From contig CATOCA020000001.1 in assembly GCA_951406725.2 (NCBI GenBank), positions 7,254,001 to 7,318,000 on the forward strand: a stretch of DNA of 64,000 nucleotides. Direction: 5' to 3'. The DNA is from Octopus vulgaris. Lineage: Eukaryota. The position numbers and the translations under genes are program-made. Within the stretch, counting starts at the first letter, position 1. Each line of letters starts with the position of its first letter. Under the pieces are notes generated by a model that saw only the letters and a list, made by a program, of their open reading frames with translations, was not told the origin of the DNA and did no database searches. Of the stretch, positions 1 to 14,247 are shown one piece after another.

Positions 1-236
1 TATTTAATCCACTCAGAAGCCTTGATCAGCCATGGGATTTAGAAGAAGGTACTTGCCCAAGGTGTCATACAGTGGGACAAAACTGGTGGTTGGCGTTTGG
101 AAGGGCATCCAGCAGTAACAACCTGATAAAATAGACAGTAGCCCAGGGTAGTTTTTTCTACCTGGCCTGCTCCTGTCACCCATCTTACTCATGAATGGAT
201 GAAAAGTGGACGTTAAGTGATGATGGCAATGATATA

Positions 237-282
<46 letters not shown>

Positions 283-873
283 TGTATGTATGTATAATGG
301 AAATTTATTAAATAATTATGAAATAGTCATAAAGATATTTTCAAAAATCTATAAAGTAAGCACTTGCTGATAGTTTCTGATTTGATCTCATCTACTTTGC
401 TAGTGTTTCGACAAAGATCAATACAGGAGGTTTTATTGAACAAACTCTGTTTCATTGATTCTTTTACTATTTTTCGTAAATTTACCTTTCTTCGAGAATC
501 AGTTTGTCTTTGATATAAAGTGCCCTCCACCGTAGCTGGGGTATGATCCACAGATTTATAGCTCAACATGTACGCTGCCTTTACGTAGCTGATCAACAGA
601 CTGTACATTCCAATATTGAGGGTTTAATAGTAACCAGTCAATATGTAATCTAACCTAGAGACACAACACAATGACTGTTGTTAGGTTTATTAGTGTCAAG
701 AAGAACATTCAGCTATGAATAATACTTTAGATAAACTGAAGTTTACAATATCAATGTTATCTTTTGCAAGATTTTAGAACCATCAACTTCTGTTTATTGT
801 TGTTTAACTCATTTTATAAGTTTTTAAAAACTGTTTTGCTTTCTTTCTTTTTTGACTGTTTTATTCAAAAGAC

Positions 874-951
874 ATGGCGGATTTCAGACAGAAAATTAGA
901 AATGGTGACGTCGAAGGAATTCAAAAATTAGTGAAAAAGGATCCAACAATA
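874..951 (+). CDS. ANK-RING-DD gene, first coding exon (MADFRQKIRNGDVEGIQKLVKKDPTI), N-terminal ankyrin cap
   Basis: ATG at 874 follows a pyrimidine tract plus AG (870-871), suggesting an upstream non-coding exon. GTAAGT donor at 952, phase 0, joins 9602 in frame. GDVEGIQKLV is ankyrin-like. Confidence 0.75.
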
Positions 952-1784
952 GTAAGTTGTTCTCTTTATTGCCTTCTCAAATTTGACTGTTTATTATTTT
1001 ATACACAATATGAAATGTTTTATACACAATATGAAAAGTAGCCACATATATTTGTCCATGATATTTCATTTCTTTCTTCACCTCTTTTCTCTAATCCTCA
1101 TCATCGACATTTTTATAAATATTTATCCAAACATTGAGGCATGGCAGAATTGATGGAATGTGAGTGAGAAAGAAATCCATCACACACTGCAATGGGGTGT
1201 TCTGGCGGGAAGTATTCAGTTCAAGAGATGAGAGACAGATGGAGCCGATAAATGGATGGTGACTTTTTAAAGAAGTCCTCTTGCCATACAAAGTTGAAGG
1301 TTTTACTGGTGTCAAGGGCTACACCATTTTTGATAGAATTTGTTACACATATGAAAACACTGGTGTGTCACATAGGAATCAAACCCCACTTTATAAAACT
1401 GTACTGGTGTTCATTGAATCCAGAAAGACACCTAAAGGGACAAAGGTGATTTTTTTAATGAAGTTTAATTTACTATTGAAATATTGGAAGTTAGAATGAC
1501 AGGATGGCAGTCAATAGATGGGATAGTGTCTGCAGGAATATAGAGCAGGGCTTCTCATAGTGGTCACTACCACCAATGTGTGGGGGCCGTGGGAACATGT
1601 TATATTAGTTTATGTATATATGGCACTCCAAGTGAGTTTGGCAGAATTAAAGGTTAAATAAGTAAAAAAAGCGAAGTGGTGATGCATCAAATATTTACTT
1701 ATTGTGAGGTGGTGTTGTGGTAAGTAGTCACCCACCAGGGTTGCGAGAAAGGTAAATAAATACCCCCTTCCCCCGAAAAATGGC

Positions 1785-2735
1785 TTCATTGAATAGGCCT
1801 GTACATAAGATCGGGACAGTTACAATTTGCCCTGTCATCTGTAGTGGAGGAATTTAAAGTAGCAAAATGTAATATTGTAATGATGTAGAGAGACTCTAAG
1901 GACGAGCTTGTCAGACATGCAGGTATTACCACAAGGTGTGGGTAACTAGCACCGCTGTCGCTCAGGCTGAAGGCATGCTGGAGATACGCGTCATATTTCG
2001 AGCTACATGTTGGGGTCACCAGGGACTTGGCTCTTCCTATTTCCAACAATAGAAGAAAGTAGACACCAAGGAGAGGCGGGTTATGACTCAGAAAGCATTG
2101 TGGTACCAGGAGGAAGATACAAGGAAATCAATAGCTGTGGAGTTGGTATCTCTGAGTGCATGAACTAAATAGGATCTCCCTAAGAGGAAGCTCTCATGGA
2201 CTGACCTATGGAGGCTGGAACCTTTGTACATCTCCTTCCTGCATGGAGCGGTGTATGACACACTCCCGATGCCAACAAACCTACACAGATAATGTTTGAG
2301 GGAAGACCAGCTGTGTAGACTTTGTAGGAAAGGGGTTCTCTGGCACACATCTTGGCAGGGTACTGAATAACACTTTCTCAAAGCAGATACAAATACTTGC
2401 TCACACCCTGGAGCAGTAAAAGTGTAAGAATCATCATCACCAAGGGAATATAACTGCCGCAATTAAGTTCGTGGAAGAGGGAGAGAAAGCAGTAAAGCTA
2501 GCAAAAGCAATACACATCTTGCTGCAAGGGTCTCAACAATGGGATATGAAGGTAGACTTAGGGAAGAGATTGCAGTTTCCCCAGGATATCCATACAACCC
2601 TGAGGCCTGATGTGGTCCTGTGGCCTGAAAAGGCTCAGAAAATTATCATAATTGAATGAACAGTCACGTGGGGAGCGGGTTGTAACGAGGCCCATGAACG
2701 GAAGTGTGACAGATATAAGAGCTTTCTGCAGGCTC
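1785..2735 (+). mobile_element. Decayed 3' part of a HERO-like non-LTR retrotransposon (CCHC knuckle plus restriction-like endonuclease)
   Basis: Translations SSVVEEFKVAK, AVYDTLP.PTNLH, C..C...G.LAHILAG and TLRPDVVLW...IIIE, with stops and frameshifts. Confidence 0.8.
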
Positions 2736-2844
2736 CATTCACTTTGGTGAATAGATAAAACACATCCTTACAGGTGTTATTAACTCGTATATATGTGTGT
2801 GTGTGTGTTTGTGTGTGTATGTGTATGCATGTGTATCTATGCAA

Positions 2845-3030
2845 GTGTGTGTCCCTAACTGCTAATTGATAATCGGTGTCGGTGTATTAGCATCCCTGTT
2901 ACTTTGGCCTGAAGCAAAAGAGATCTATAGGTTGGTGCTAATTAGACAGAAAAGGTACCACACATAAAAGACAAAATCGAGGAGGAGCCCCAGCATGGCC
3001 GCAGTCTCATAAGTGAAACAAGTAGAAGAG
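2845..3030 (+). mobile_element. 3' portion of the major octopus-type SINE
   Basis: ccccagcatggccgcagtc...gaaacaagta matches the 3' end of the copies at 15004 and 59309. Confidence 0.7.
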
Positions 3031-6000
3031 AGAAAGAAAAAGAAAGAGAAAAAAGAAGAGAAGAATAGAAAAATAGAAGAAAAAAAAGGAAAATTGAGAG
3101 AGAATTATAGAGAAGACAAAAAGAGAAACAAAACAGAGAAGGAGAGAGAGAAAAAGGAGAGAAAAGATAAAGAGAATGAGATTGAAAAAAGAAAACGAGA
3201 GGAAAAGAAAGGGAGAGAGAAAAGAAAAGGAGAGAGAGAGAGAGAAATGAGAGGAAGAAAGACAGAAGTGAAAGAGTGAGAGAGAGGAAAAAGGATAAAA
3301 AGAAAACGAGAGGAAGAAAAATGGAGAAAAAAAGAGAGAGAGCGAGAAAAGAAAGAAAGAGAAAAAAAACAAGAGGAAGAAAGAGAGAAATGAAAGAGTG
3401 AGAGAGAGGAAGAAGGATAAAAAGAAAACGAGAGGGAGAAAGGAGAAAAAAGCGTGAGAGCGAGAAATGAAAGAGAGAGAGAAAAAGAAACGAGACGAAG
3501 AAAGAGATAAATGAAAGAGTGAGAGAGAGGAAGAAGGAAAGAAAGAAAACGAGAGGGAGAAAGAGAGAGAAAAAGAAACGAGAGGAAGAAAGAAAGAAAT
3601 TAAAGAGTGAGAGAGAGGAAGAAGGATAAAAAGAAAACGAGAGGGAGAAAGAAGGAGAAAAAAGTGAGAGAGCGAGAAAAGAAACAGAGAGAGAATGAAA
3701 CGAGAGGAAGGAGAGAAATGAAAGAATGAGAGACAGGCAGAAGGATAAAAAGAAAACGAGAGGGAGAAAAAAGCGAGAGAGCGAGAAATGAAAGAGAGAG
3801 AGAAAAAGAAACGAGACGAAGAAAAGAGAGAAATGAAAGAGTGAGAGAGAGGAAGAAGGAAAGAAAGAAAACGAGAGGGAGAAAGAGAGAGAGAAAGAAA
3901 GAGAGGAAGAGAGAGAGAAATGAAAGAGAGAGAAAAAGAAAAGGAGAGGAAGGAAGAGAGAAATGAAGGAGTGAGAGAGAGGAAGAAGGAAAGAAAGAAA
4001 ACGAGAGGGAGAAAGAGAGAGAGAGAAAAAAAGGAGAGGAAGACAGAGAGAAATGAAAGAGTGAGAGAGTGGAAGATGAATAAAAAGAAAATGAATGGGA
4101 GAAAAGTTTGAAAGCGAGAAAGAGAGAGAGAGAAAAAGAAATGAGAGGAAGAAAGAGTGAGAGAAAGGAAGAAGGATAAAAAGAAAACGAGAGGGAGAAA
4201 GAAGGAGAAAAAAGTGAGAGAGCGAGAAAAGAAAGAGAGAGAAAAAGAAAAGGAGAGGAAGGAAGAGAGAAATGAAAGAGTGAGAGAGGAAGAGGGATAA
4301 AAAGAAAACGAGAGGGAGAAAGAAGGAGAAAAAAGTGAGAGAGCGAGAAAAGAGAGAGAAAAAGAAAACGAGAGAAAGGAAGAGAGAAATGAAAGAGTGA
4401 GAGAGAGGAAGAAGAATAAAAAGAAAATGAGAGTGAGAAAGAAGGAGAAAAAAGTGTGAGAGCGAAAAAAGTAAGAGAGAAAGAGGAAGGAAGAGAGAAA
4501 TGAAAGAGTGAGAGAGCGAGAGGAAGAAAGAGAGAAATGAAAGAGTGAGAAAGAAGAAGAAAAAAGAGAGAGAGCGAGAAAAGAAAGAGAGAAAAAAGAA
4601 ACGAGAGGAAGAGAGAGAAATGAAAGAGTGAGAGAGAGGAAGAAGGATAAAAAGAAAACGAGAGTGAGAAAGAAGGAAAAAAAGTGAGAGAGCGAGAAAA
4701 GAAAGAGAGAAAAAGAAAGGAGAGGAAGAAGAGAGAAATGAAAGAGTGAGACAGGAAGAATGATAAAAAGAAAACGAGAGGAAGAAAGAAGGAGAAAAAA
4801 GTGAGTGAGCGAGAAAGAGAGAGAGGAGAGAGTGAGAAAGAAACGAGAGGAAGAGAAATATAAATGAAAGAGTGAGAGTGAGGAAGAAGGATAAAAAGAA
4901 AACGAGAGGAGAAGAAAGGAGAAAAAAGTGAGGGGGCGAGAAAAGAAACAGAGAAAAAGAAAGAGAGAAATGAAAGAGTGAGAGAGAGGAAGAAGGATAA
5001 AAAGAAAATGAGAGGGAGAAAGAAGGAGAAAAAAGTGAGAGAGTGAGAAAAGAAAGAGAGAGAGAAAGAAAGGAGAGGAAGTAAGAGAGAAATGAATGAG
5101 AGAGAGAGAGGAAAAGGATAAAAAGAAAGTGAGAGTGAGAAAGAAGGAGAAAGAAGTGAGAGAGCGAGAAAGGAAGGAGAGAGAGAAAGAAAGGAGAGGA
5201 AGTAAGAGTGAAATGAATGAGAGAGAGAGAGGAAGAAGGATAAAAAGAAAACGAGGGGGAGAAAGAAGGAGAAAAAAGCGAGAGAGCGAGAAAGGAAGGA
5301 GAGAGAGAAAGAAAGGAGAGGAAGTAAGAGTGAAATGAATGAGAGAGAGAGAGAGGAAACAGGATAAAAAGAAAACGAGAGGGAGAAAGAAGGAGAAAAA
5401 AGCGAGAGAGCGAGAAAAGAAAGAGAGAGAAAAAGAAAGGAGAGGAAGAAAGAGAGAAATGAAAGAGTGAGAGAGAGGAAGAAGGATAGAGAGAAAACGA
5501 GAGAAAACGAGAGAAAAAAGTGAGAGAGCGAAAAAGGAAGGAGGGAGAGAAAGAAACGAGATGAAAGAGAGAGAGGGAGGAAGAAGGATAGAAAGAAAAC
5601 GAGAAAGAGAAAGAAGGAGAAAAAAGTGAGAGAGCGAGAAAAGAAAGGAGAGGGAAAACGAAACCAGAGGAATTAAGAAAGAAATGAAAGAGTGAGAGAG
5701 AGGAAGAAGGATAAAAAGAAAACGAGAGGGAGAAAGAAGGAGAAAAAAGCAAGAGAGAAAGAAAAGAAAGAGAGAAAGAAAAAGAAACGAGAGGAAGAAA
5801 GAGAGAAATGAAAGAGTAAGAGAGAGGAAGGATGATAAAAAGAAAACGAGAGGGAGAAAGAAGGAGAAAAAAGCGAGAGAGCGAGAAAAGAAAGAGAGAG
5901 AAAAAGAAACGAGAGGAAGAAAGAGAGAAATGAAAGAGTGAAAGAGAGGAAGAAGGATAAAAAGAAAACGAGAGGAAGAAAGAAGGAGAAAAAAGCCAGA

Positions 6001-9000
6001 GAGCAAGAAAAGAAAGAGAGAAAGAAAAAGAAACGAGAGGAAGAAAGAGAGAAATGAATGATTGAGAGAGAGGAAGAAGGATAAAAAGAAAACGAGAGGA
6101 AGAAAAAATGAGAAAAAACGAGATTGCAAGAAAAGAAAGAGAGAAAGAAAAAGAAATGAGAGGAAGAAAGAGAGAAATGAAAGAGTGAGAGAGAGGAAGA
6201 AGGATAAAAGGAAAACGAGAGGGAGAAAGAAGGAGAAAAAAGTGAAAGAGTGAGAAAAGAAAGAGAGAGAGAATAAGAAACGAGAGGAAGAAAGAGAGAA
6301 AGAAGGATTAAAAGGAGAGAAACGAGAGGTAGAAAGAGAGAAATGAAATCGTGAGATCGGGGAAAAAGGATAAAAAGAAAACGAGAGGGAAAAAGGAGAA
6401 AAACCTGAGTGAGCGAGAAAAGAAAGAGAATGAAAAAGAAACGAGAGGAAGAAAGGGAGAAATGAAAGAGTGAGAGGGTGGAAGAAGGAGTAAAAAGAAA
6501 ACGAGAGGGAGAAAGAGGGAGAAAATGCCAGAGAACAAGAAAAGAAAGAGAGAGAAAAAGAAATGAGAGGAGAAAGAGAAGAAGAATTGGAGAGAGAAAG
6601 AGAAATAGAAAGAGAGAAAGACAATGAGGAAATGAGAGAGAGAACAGACAAAGAAAACGAGCGAAAGAGAGAAAAGAAAAAGATAGAGAGATAGAGAGAG
6701 AAAGGAAACAGAGAGAGAAAGAGAGAAAAGGAAACGTTAAAGAGAGATAGGGAGAGGAAAACCAGAAAATAAAAAGAGAGAGAAAAGAAGCAGAGAGGGA
6801 GGAAGCGAGAATAGAAAAAGAGAAAGAGGGAGAGGAAGAGAGAAAGATGGAAGATGAGAGAAGAAAAAGGGACTGAGAGAAATAAAGAGAGAAAAAGGGA
6901 GAGAGAGAGAGGAAGAAAGAGGAAAAACAAACAATGAAAGAGAGAGAAATGAGAGAGAGAGGGATAAAAGAGACGTAAAAGGGATAAAGAGAATGAGAGA
7001 AAAGAAAGAGGAAGAAAGAGAGTAATGAAAGGGAGAAGGCAAGAGAGGAGAGAAAAGAAAAAAGTAAGTCCCTTAAAGGGAGAAAAGGAAAAGAGGGAAA
7101 GAAGAGAAAAAGGAAATGACAAACAGACAGAAAGAAAGAGAGGGAGAGGGAGGAAGGGAGAAAAGGAAAGTGAGAGAGCGAGAGGAAGAGAGAAGAGAAA
7201 AATTACCAGCGAAAGGAGATAACAGAGAGAAAGAGGAAGAGAGGAAAGAAAGAGAGAGATAAAAGGAAGCGAGTAAGGGAGAGAGAAAGAGGGAAAATAA
7301 AAGGAGAGAGATAAAGAAGAGAGAATAGAAAAAGAGAGAAAAGTAAAGCAGGAGAGAATGGTAAAAGAGTGGGGGAGAAGGAGATAAGAGAAAAAGAGAG
7401 GGGGAGAAAGAAAGAGGGAAAAGGGTAAAAGAAAGTGAGAGATATGAATAGGAGAGGGAGAGAAAGAGAAAAGAGACAGAGAGGGAAAGAGGGGAATATA
7501 GGAGAGAAAAGAGAGTGGGAAATAGAGAGAGAGAGGAAGAGAGATAGAAAAGCGAGGGAGAGAGGAAGTAATATAAGAAATGCGAGAGATGAAAAAGCGG
7601 AAGGAAAGAGAGAGAAAGAGAGAACAAAGAGTAAGAGACATTGAGAGAGAAAGACAGAAAAGAAAATGTGAGAGAGTGAGAGAAGAAGAAAGAGAGAGGA
7701 AAGGGAGAGAGAGAGAAAAGGAAAGAGAAAGGACATCAAAGAAATAGAGACAAGTAAAAGAGAAAGAGGAAGAAAGATAGAAAAGGCAAAGAGAAGCACA
7801 GAGAGAAAGAGAGAGAGAGGAAGGAAAGAGAGAGAAAGAGAGAACAAAGAGTTAGAGACATTGAGAGAGAAAGACAGAAAAGAAAATGTGAGAGAGTGAG
7901 AGAAGAAGAAAGAGAGAGGAAAGGCGGAGAGAGAGAAAAGGAAAAGAGAAAGGACATCAAAGAAAGAGAGACAAGTAAAAGAGAAAAGGAAGAAAGATAG
8001 AAAAGGCAAAGAGAAGCACAGGGAGAAAGAGAGAGAGAGGAAGGAAAGAGAGAGAAATAGAGAACAAAGAGTAAGAGACATTGAGAGAGAAAGACAGAAA
8101 AGAAAATGTGAGAGAGTGAGAGAAGAAGAAAGAGAGAGGAAAGGCGGAGAGAGAGAAAAGGAAAAGAGAAAGGACATCAAAGAAAGAGAGACAAGTAAAG
8201 AGAAAGAGGAAGAAAGATAGAAAAGGCAAAGAGAAGCACAGAGAGAAAGAGAGAGAGAGGAAGGAAAGAGAGAGAAATAGAGAACAAAGAGTAAGAGACA
8301 TTGAGAGAGAAAGACAGAAAAGAAAATGTGAGAGAGTGAGAGAAGAAGAAAGAGAGAGGAAAGGCGGAGAGAGAGAAAAGGAAAAGAGAAAGGACATCAA
8401 AGAAAGAGAGACAAGTAAAGGAGAAAGAGGGTGAAAGATAGAAAAGGCAAAGAGAAATGTTGGGTGAAAGAGAGAAAAGGAAAAGTGAAGGAGACAGAGA
8501 GAGAAAGATAGAAAAAAGGTAATAGAGAGAGAGATAAAGAAAGAGAAATAGAAAAAGAGAGAAAGAGAAAGAAAAGGAGAGAAAGAGAGAAAAGTAAAAT
8601 GGAAAAAGAGAGAAAAGAATGACAGAGGAGGAAAAAGAGGAAAAAGAGAGTGAGAAAGAAAGAGAGAAAAGAAAAAGGGAAAGAGAAAGAATGTAAGAAT
8701 AGAAAGAGAGGGAAATGAAAGAGGGAGAGATACGGAGAGAGAAAGAGAGAAATTGAAAAATAGAGAAAGAGAAAGATAAGAGAAAAATGAGAAAGAGAAA
8801 GAGTAAGGAAATGAGAGATAGAAAGAGAGGAAAGGAAAATGGGAAAAGAGAAAAGAAAGAGAGAGAGAGAGAGAGAGAGTAAAAGAGACATGGAGAGAGA
8901 AAGAAGGAGAGAAAGACAGAGAAGGAGAAAGAAAGAGAGAGAAAGTGAGAAAAGAAAGAGAAGGAAAGAAATGACAGAGGGAGATAGAGAGAGAAAGGAG

Positions 9001-9556
9001 AGAAAGAGGAAAGAAAACGAGAAAGAGAGTGAGAGACAAAGAGAGAACAGAGAGAGTAAAAGAGACACGGAGAGAGGAGAAAGAAAGAGAGAGAAGGAAA
9101 GGAGAAAGTGAGAAAAGAAAGAGAAGGATAGAAATGAAAGAGGGAGATAGAGAGAGAAAGAAGGAGAGAAAACGAGAAAGAGAGTGAGAGACAAAGACAG
9201 AAAAGAGAGAGAGAGAGTAAATGAGACACGGAGAGAGGAGAAAGAAAGAGAAAGTGAGAAAAGAAAGAGAAGGATAGAAATGAAAGAGGGAGATAGAGAG
9301 AGAAAGAATGAGAGAAAGAGGAAAGAAAACGAGAAAGAGAGTGAGAGACAAAGAGAGAAAAGAGAGAGAGAGTAAAAGAGACAGGGAGAGAGAAGAAAGA
9401 GAGAGAGAAAAAGGGGAAAGAGAGAGAAAGTGAGAAAAGAAAGAGAAGGATAGAAATGAAAGAGGGAGATAGAGAGAGAATGAAGTAGAGAAAGAGGAAA
9501 GAAAACGAGAAAGAGAGTGAGAGACAAAGCGAGAAAAGAGAGAGAGAGAGAGAGAA
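3025..9556. repeat. Purine-rich (GA) compound satellite, ~6.5 kb, with ~120-bp degenerate units and a 220-bp unit at ~7600-8450
   Basis: + strand is overwhelmingly G/A; ttgagagagaaagacagaaaagaaaatgtg recurs at 7641, 7861, 8081, 8301. Confidence 0.95.
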
Positions 9557-9601
9557 AATGGAATTTCTCTATTTCACATGTCCTCACTTTCTTCATTACA
9601 G

Positions 9602-9762
9602 ATTAATAAACCTATTGATGGATTGGGACGAACTCCTTTAATGATTGCCTGTGAAGTGGGCGCCGATAGAAGAATCATCGACATTTTGATAAAAGCTGGT
9701 CCGGAGTTAGGAGCGAAAGACAGATGGGGTGGTTGTACAGCTTTGCATTATGCTGTGTCGAG
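9602..9762 (+). CDS. ANK-RING-DD gene exon 2, ankyrin repeats (INKPIDGLGRTPLMIAC...GCTALHYAVS)
   Basis: ttacag acceptor, AG|gtaagt donor, phase 0-2; ankyrin motifs GRTPL and GCTALH. Confidence 0.92.
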
Positions 9763-9848
9763 GTAAGTTGAGAATCAAGTAAAATGTGCAGATGTGTTTT
9801 TGTTTGTAAATTTGTTGCAATTGCAGACACAGGTTCAATATCCAAAGG

Positions 9849-9935
9849 ATGTTGAGGAGGAGGAGGAGGAGGAGGATAATAATGATGATGAGGAGGAGGA
9901 GGAGGATGATGATGATGACGATGATGATGAGGATG

Positions 9936-9981
<46 letters not shown>

Positions 9982-10016
9982 GGATGAGGATGATGATGAG
10001 GATTATGGTGATGATG

Positions 10017-10059
<43 letters not shown>

Positions 10060-10085
10060 GGAGGAGGAGGAAGAGGAGGAGGATG

Positions 10086-10175
<90 letters not shown>

Positions 10176-10286
10176 ATGATGATGAGGATGATGATGATGA
10201 TGATGATGATGATGTTGATGATGATAATGCTGCTGCTGCTGCTGATGATGATCATGAGGAATAGGAGGAGGAAGAGGAGGAGGATG

Positions 10287-10320
<34 letters not shown>

Positions 10321-10808
10321 GAATGATGATGATGAGAATGATGATGAGGATGATGATGATGAGGATGATGATGATGATGATGATGATTATGATGATGATA
10401 ATGATGATGGTGATGATGATGATGTTGATTATGTTAATGAGGATGGTGATGATGATGATGATGATGATGATGATGAGGATGATGATGATAATGATGATGG
10501 TGATGATGATGATGATGAGAATGATGATGAGGATGATGATGATGAGGATGATGATGATGGTGATGATGATGATGATGATGAGGATGATGATGATGATGAT
10601 GAGAATGATGATGAGGATGATGATTATGATGATGATTATGATGATGATGATGATTATGATGATGAGGAGGAGGAGGAGGGGGAGGATTATGATGATGATG
10701 ATGATGAGGATGATGAGGAGGAGGAGGAGGAGGAGGAGGAGGAGGAGGAGGATGAGGATGAGGATGAGGATGATGATGATGATGAGGATGATGATGATGA
10801 GGAGGAGG

Positions 10809-10840
<32 letters not shown>

Positions 10841-11207
10841 AATGATGATGATGATGAGGAGGAGGATGAGGATGATGAGGATGATGTTGGTGATGATGAT
10901 GATGATGATGTTGAGGATGATGATGATGAGGATGAGGATGATGATGAGGAGGAGGAGGAGGAGGAGGAGGATAATAATGATGGGGAGGAGGAGGAGGAAG
11001 ATGATGATGACGATGATGATGATGATGATGAGGATGAGGATGATGAGGATGATGGTGATGATGATGGTGATGATGATGAAGAGGATGAGGATGATGATGA
11101 TGATGATGAGGAGGAGGAAGAGGATGACAGTGATGATGATGATGATGAGGAGGAGGAGGAGGATTATGATGTTGATGATGATGAGGATGATAATAATGAT
11201 GATGATG

Positions 11208-11241
<34 letters not shown>

Positions 11242-11895
11242 GGATGATGATGATGATGATGATGATGAGGAGGAGGAGGAGGAGGATGATGATGATGAGG
11301 ATGATGATGATGATGATGAGGATGATGAGGATGATGATGATGATGATGATGATATTGATGAGGTTGATGATGATGATGATGATGATGAGGATGATGATGA
11401 TGATGATTATGATGATGAGGATGATGATGATGATAACGATATTATGATGATATTATGATGATAATGATGATGTTGAAGCCGAGGATGATGATGATGAATA
11501 CGATGAGGTTGATGATGGTTATGATGTCTATGATGATGCCGATGGTGATGGTTATGATGATAGTTGCGATGAATGTTGATGAAGATGATGATGATAATGT
11601 TGATTATGTTAATGTTGGAGATTATGATGGTGATGGTGGTGATGAATGATGATGATGATGGTGATAATGGCAATGATGGTGATGATGATGATGGAGATGA
11701 TGATGAGGATGATGATGTAGGCTATGATGATAATGATGGCGATGATGATGATGGTGATCATGGCGATGATGGTGATGATGGTGATGATGTTAATGATGTA
11801 GGTGGTGGCAATGATGACGATGGCTATGATGTTGATGATGATGATTGCGATGACAATTGTGCAGGTGATAATGATGGTGATGATGATGATGATGT
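9849..11895. repeat. Imperfect (GAT)n/(GAG)n trinucleotide array in intron 2
   Basis: Directly visible. Confidence 0.97.
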
Positions 11896-11964
11896 TTCGT
11901 CTGAAAGCCAAAATAATTTCATATTTAATGTAAATTAGTCATTGTTTCTATCTTTTCCTCTCAG

Positions 11965-12118
11965 GAATCACCTTCAAGCTGTGGAGCTATTACTCTCTCG
12001 GGGCAGCAATGTCAACGAGAAGACCATCCACGGCAATACTCCTCTCCATTTGGCTGCAAGGTCATCTCCGGAATGGACAGATGGTGTGAAAGCTATAATG
12101 AAAGAGGAAGCTGTTGAG
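11965..12118 (+). CDS. ANK-RING-DD gene exon 3 (NHLQAVELLLSRGSNVNEKTIHGNTPLHLAA...AVE)
   Basis: ctctcag acceptor, gttagt donor, phase 2-0; canonical ankyrin consensus. Confidence 0.92.
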
Positions 12119-12527
12119 GTTAGTGACTATATATGTGTGTGTGCGTGTGTGTGTATGTCTGTGCGTATATACATATATATACAAATAAAATGTATGGATG
12201 TATATATAAAGTAAATTGTGGTGTGCATATGTTAGTGTTTCTCTTCATTCATATTATATTCTGAAATAATCCAAATCTTCCCCGAAAGGATTTTCTCTAA
12301 ATTTTCCTAACAATTTATCCGTCTTTTGGTAAATTACGAGGAAACAAAATCTACTCTTGCGAATTTTTACTCAACTCCTCTCCCGACCTTTGAGGAACAC
12401 TTATATAGGTATGTATATATAATCGTATATATACCGTATGTACACTGTATATATGCCTATAAGATATAAAAGATATATATATATACATATGTATATACAC
12501 ATATAAATAAGTATATATATACATATA

Positions 12528-12648
<121 letters not shown>

Positions 12649-12902
12649 AAAAAGGGTGAAATATAATTAATTTAATAAAATTGATAAATTTCACCTAGTA
12701 GATTTTTCGGTATGGAAAAGACCATATTTGGTGAGAAATATATTAATTATAATAAAGGGTTAATTGCAACAAATTGCTCAAAACCACATACCGAAAATAT
12801 TAGGAATAGCAGCCAAATAGATCCCTAGATATCTATATATATGTATATAGATATATATATATACATGAGTATATATATACATATACACACACACACACAC
12901 AT

Positions 12903-12974
<72 letters not shown>

Positions 12975-13170
12975 TTCCTGAGCCCCCTTATTTTTCCCCC
13001 ATAACTTTCTGGTGTTTCCGATTATGTTGAGAAAATAAAATCATTTCATGTGTTTCAAACCAATCCCAACTCCAGACATAATTGTTGATTAAGACATTGA
13101 AAGGGATGGATTTTCAGAAAATTTCACTAAGAAATATCTATTTTAAAAAGCTTCATGAGGAACATACAAC

Positions 13171-13265
<95 letters not shown>

Positions 13266-13706
13266 CACAGGAGTGGTTGTGTGGTTAGTAGCTTGCTTAC
13301 AAACCACATGGTACCATAAGAAATAGGTTTCCCAATTTTTTACACTCATCGATTTTTTTTTTTTTTTTTCATGTAACCCCACTTTGCCCATGGGTTGAGA
13401 ACCCTTCCAGCAAGGAAAATAGAACGTCCAAAAGCGCTCCTGATCCTCTGTGTGAGAAGCGGTTATGTTCAGATCACAACTACATTTATATATATGGGTA
13501 AAACACACACACACGCAAACATATACGTACATACACCTATTGTATACATGTTTTTGCACGCCTTTGCCCCTGCCACTGTCCCGCCACCACCTCCTACCTG
13601 AGTATTACCATCAATTGAAGCAAATTTGGCACCTGGAAGTAAGTTTTGTAACAGGAATAGAGAAGTCTACCTTCTCCCGCAGAGATGTGAAAGTCATACC
13701 TCTCCT

Positions 13707-13960
13707 GGTCAAACTAAAGCGTTTGACCCGGTCATTAAACAAACAAAATATAGTGTAATAGGTGTAAAACAAATTCCTCTAAACGAATATGAACCAAAAA
13801 ATGCGCGCTCGCGAAAGGGTGCGGGGGAGAGGCCTCGGAAAATTCACATCGTGAATGTTACGTGTCTGACCCGGACACAAAAACAAAAAAAAATAGTGTA
13901 ATAGGTGTAAAACAACTTGTTCTAAACGATTATCCAGAACATACACACACACACACACAC

Positions 13961-14036
<76 letters not shown>

Positions 14037-14247
14037 GAGAAATGTTTGGTTCAAGGCAAGACTGCATTGAACTGAATTTAAATAAGCAAGAAAGATATTA
14101 TCAAAGAAAAGGCCATAGGCCTCTCCTCCCCCCCTCCTTTCGCGAGCGCACATTTTTTTGGTCATATTCGTTTAGAGGAATTTGTTTTACACATATTACT
14201 ATTTTTTTGTTTGTTTTTATGACCGGGTCAAACGCTTTAGGTTGACC
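13707..14247. mobile_element. Non-autonomous DNA transposon (MITE), ~130-bp TIRs, 8-bp TSD CCTCTCCT (MULE- or Merlin-like)
   Basis: GGTCAAACTAAAGCGTTTGACCCGGTCAT at the left end mirrors ATGACCGGGTCAAACGCTTTAGGTTGACC at the right. CCTCTCCT at 13699-13706 and 14248-14255. Confidence 0.88.

Noticed and set aside
327-1499. Short ORFs near the window start (93 aa minus strand; 65-74 aa at 1091-1499)
   Set aside because: No recognisable motifs or supporting splice structure; probably decayed TE or chance.
3025-9556. CRISPR-like repeat-spacer array
   Set aside because: Eukaryotic low-complexity satellite with no unique spacers and no cas genes.
2942-9596. Very long F/L/S-rich minus-strand ORFs (936, 1544, 464 aa) and E/R/K-rich plus-strand ORFs
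   Set aside because: Translation of the GA satellite; a pyrimidine-rich strand has few stop codons by composition.
9707-11938. Poly-Met/Asp/Ile ORFs in the first (GAT)n array
   Set aside because: Repeat artefact inside an intron with clear splice sites on both sides.
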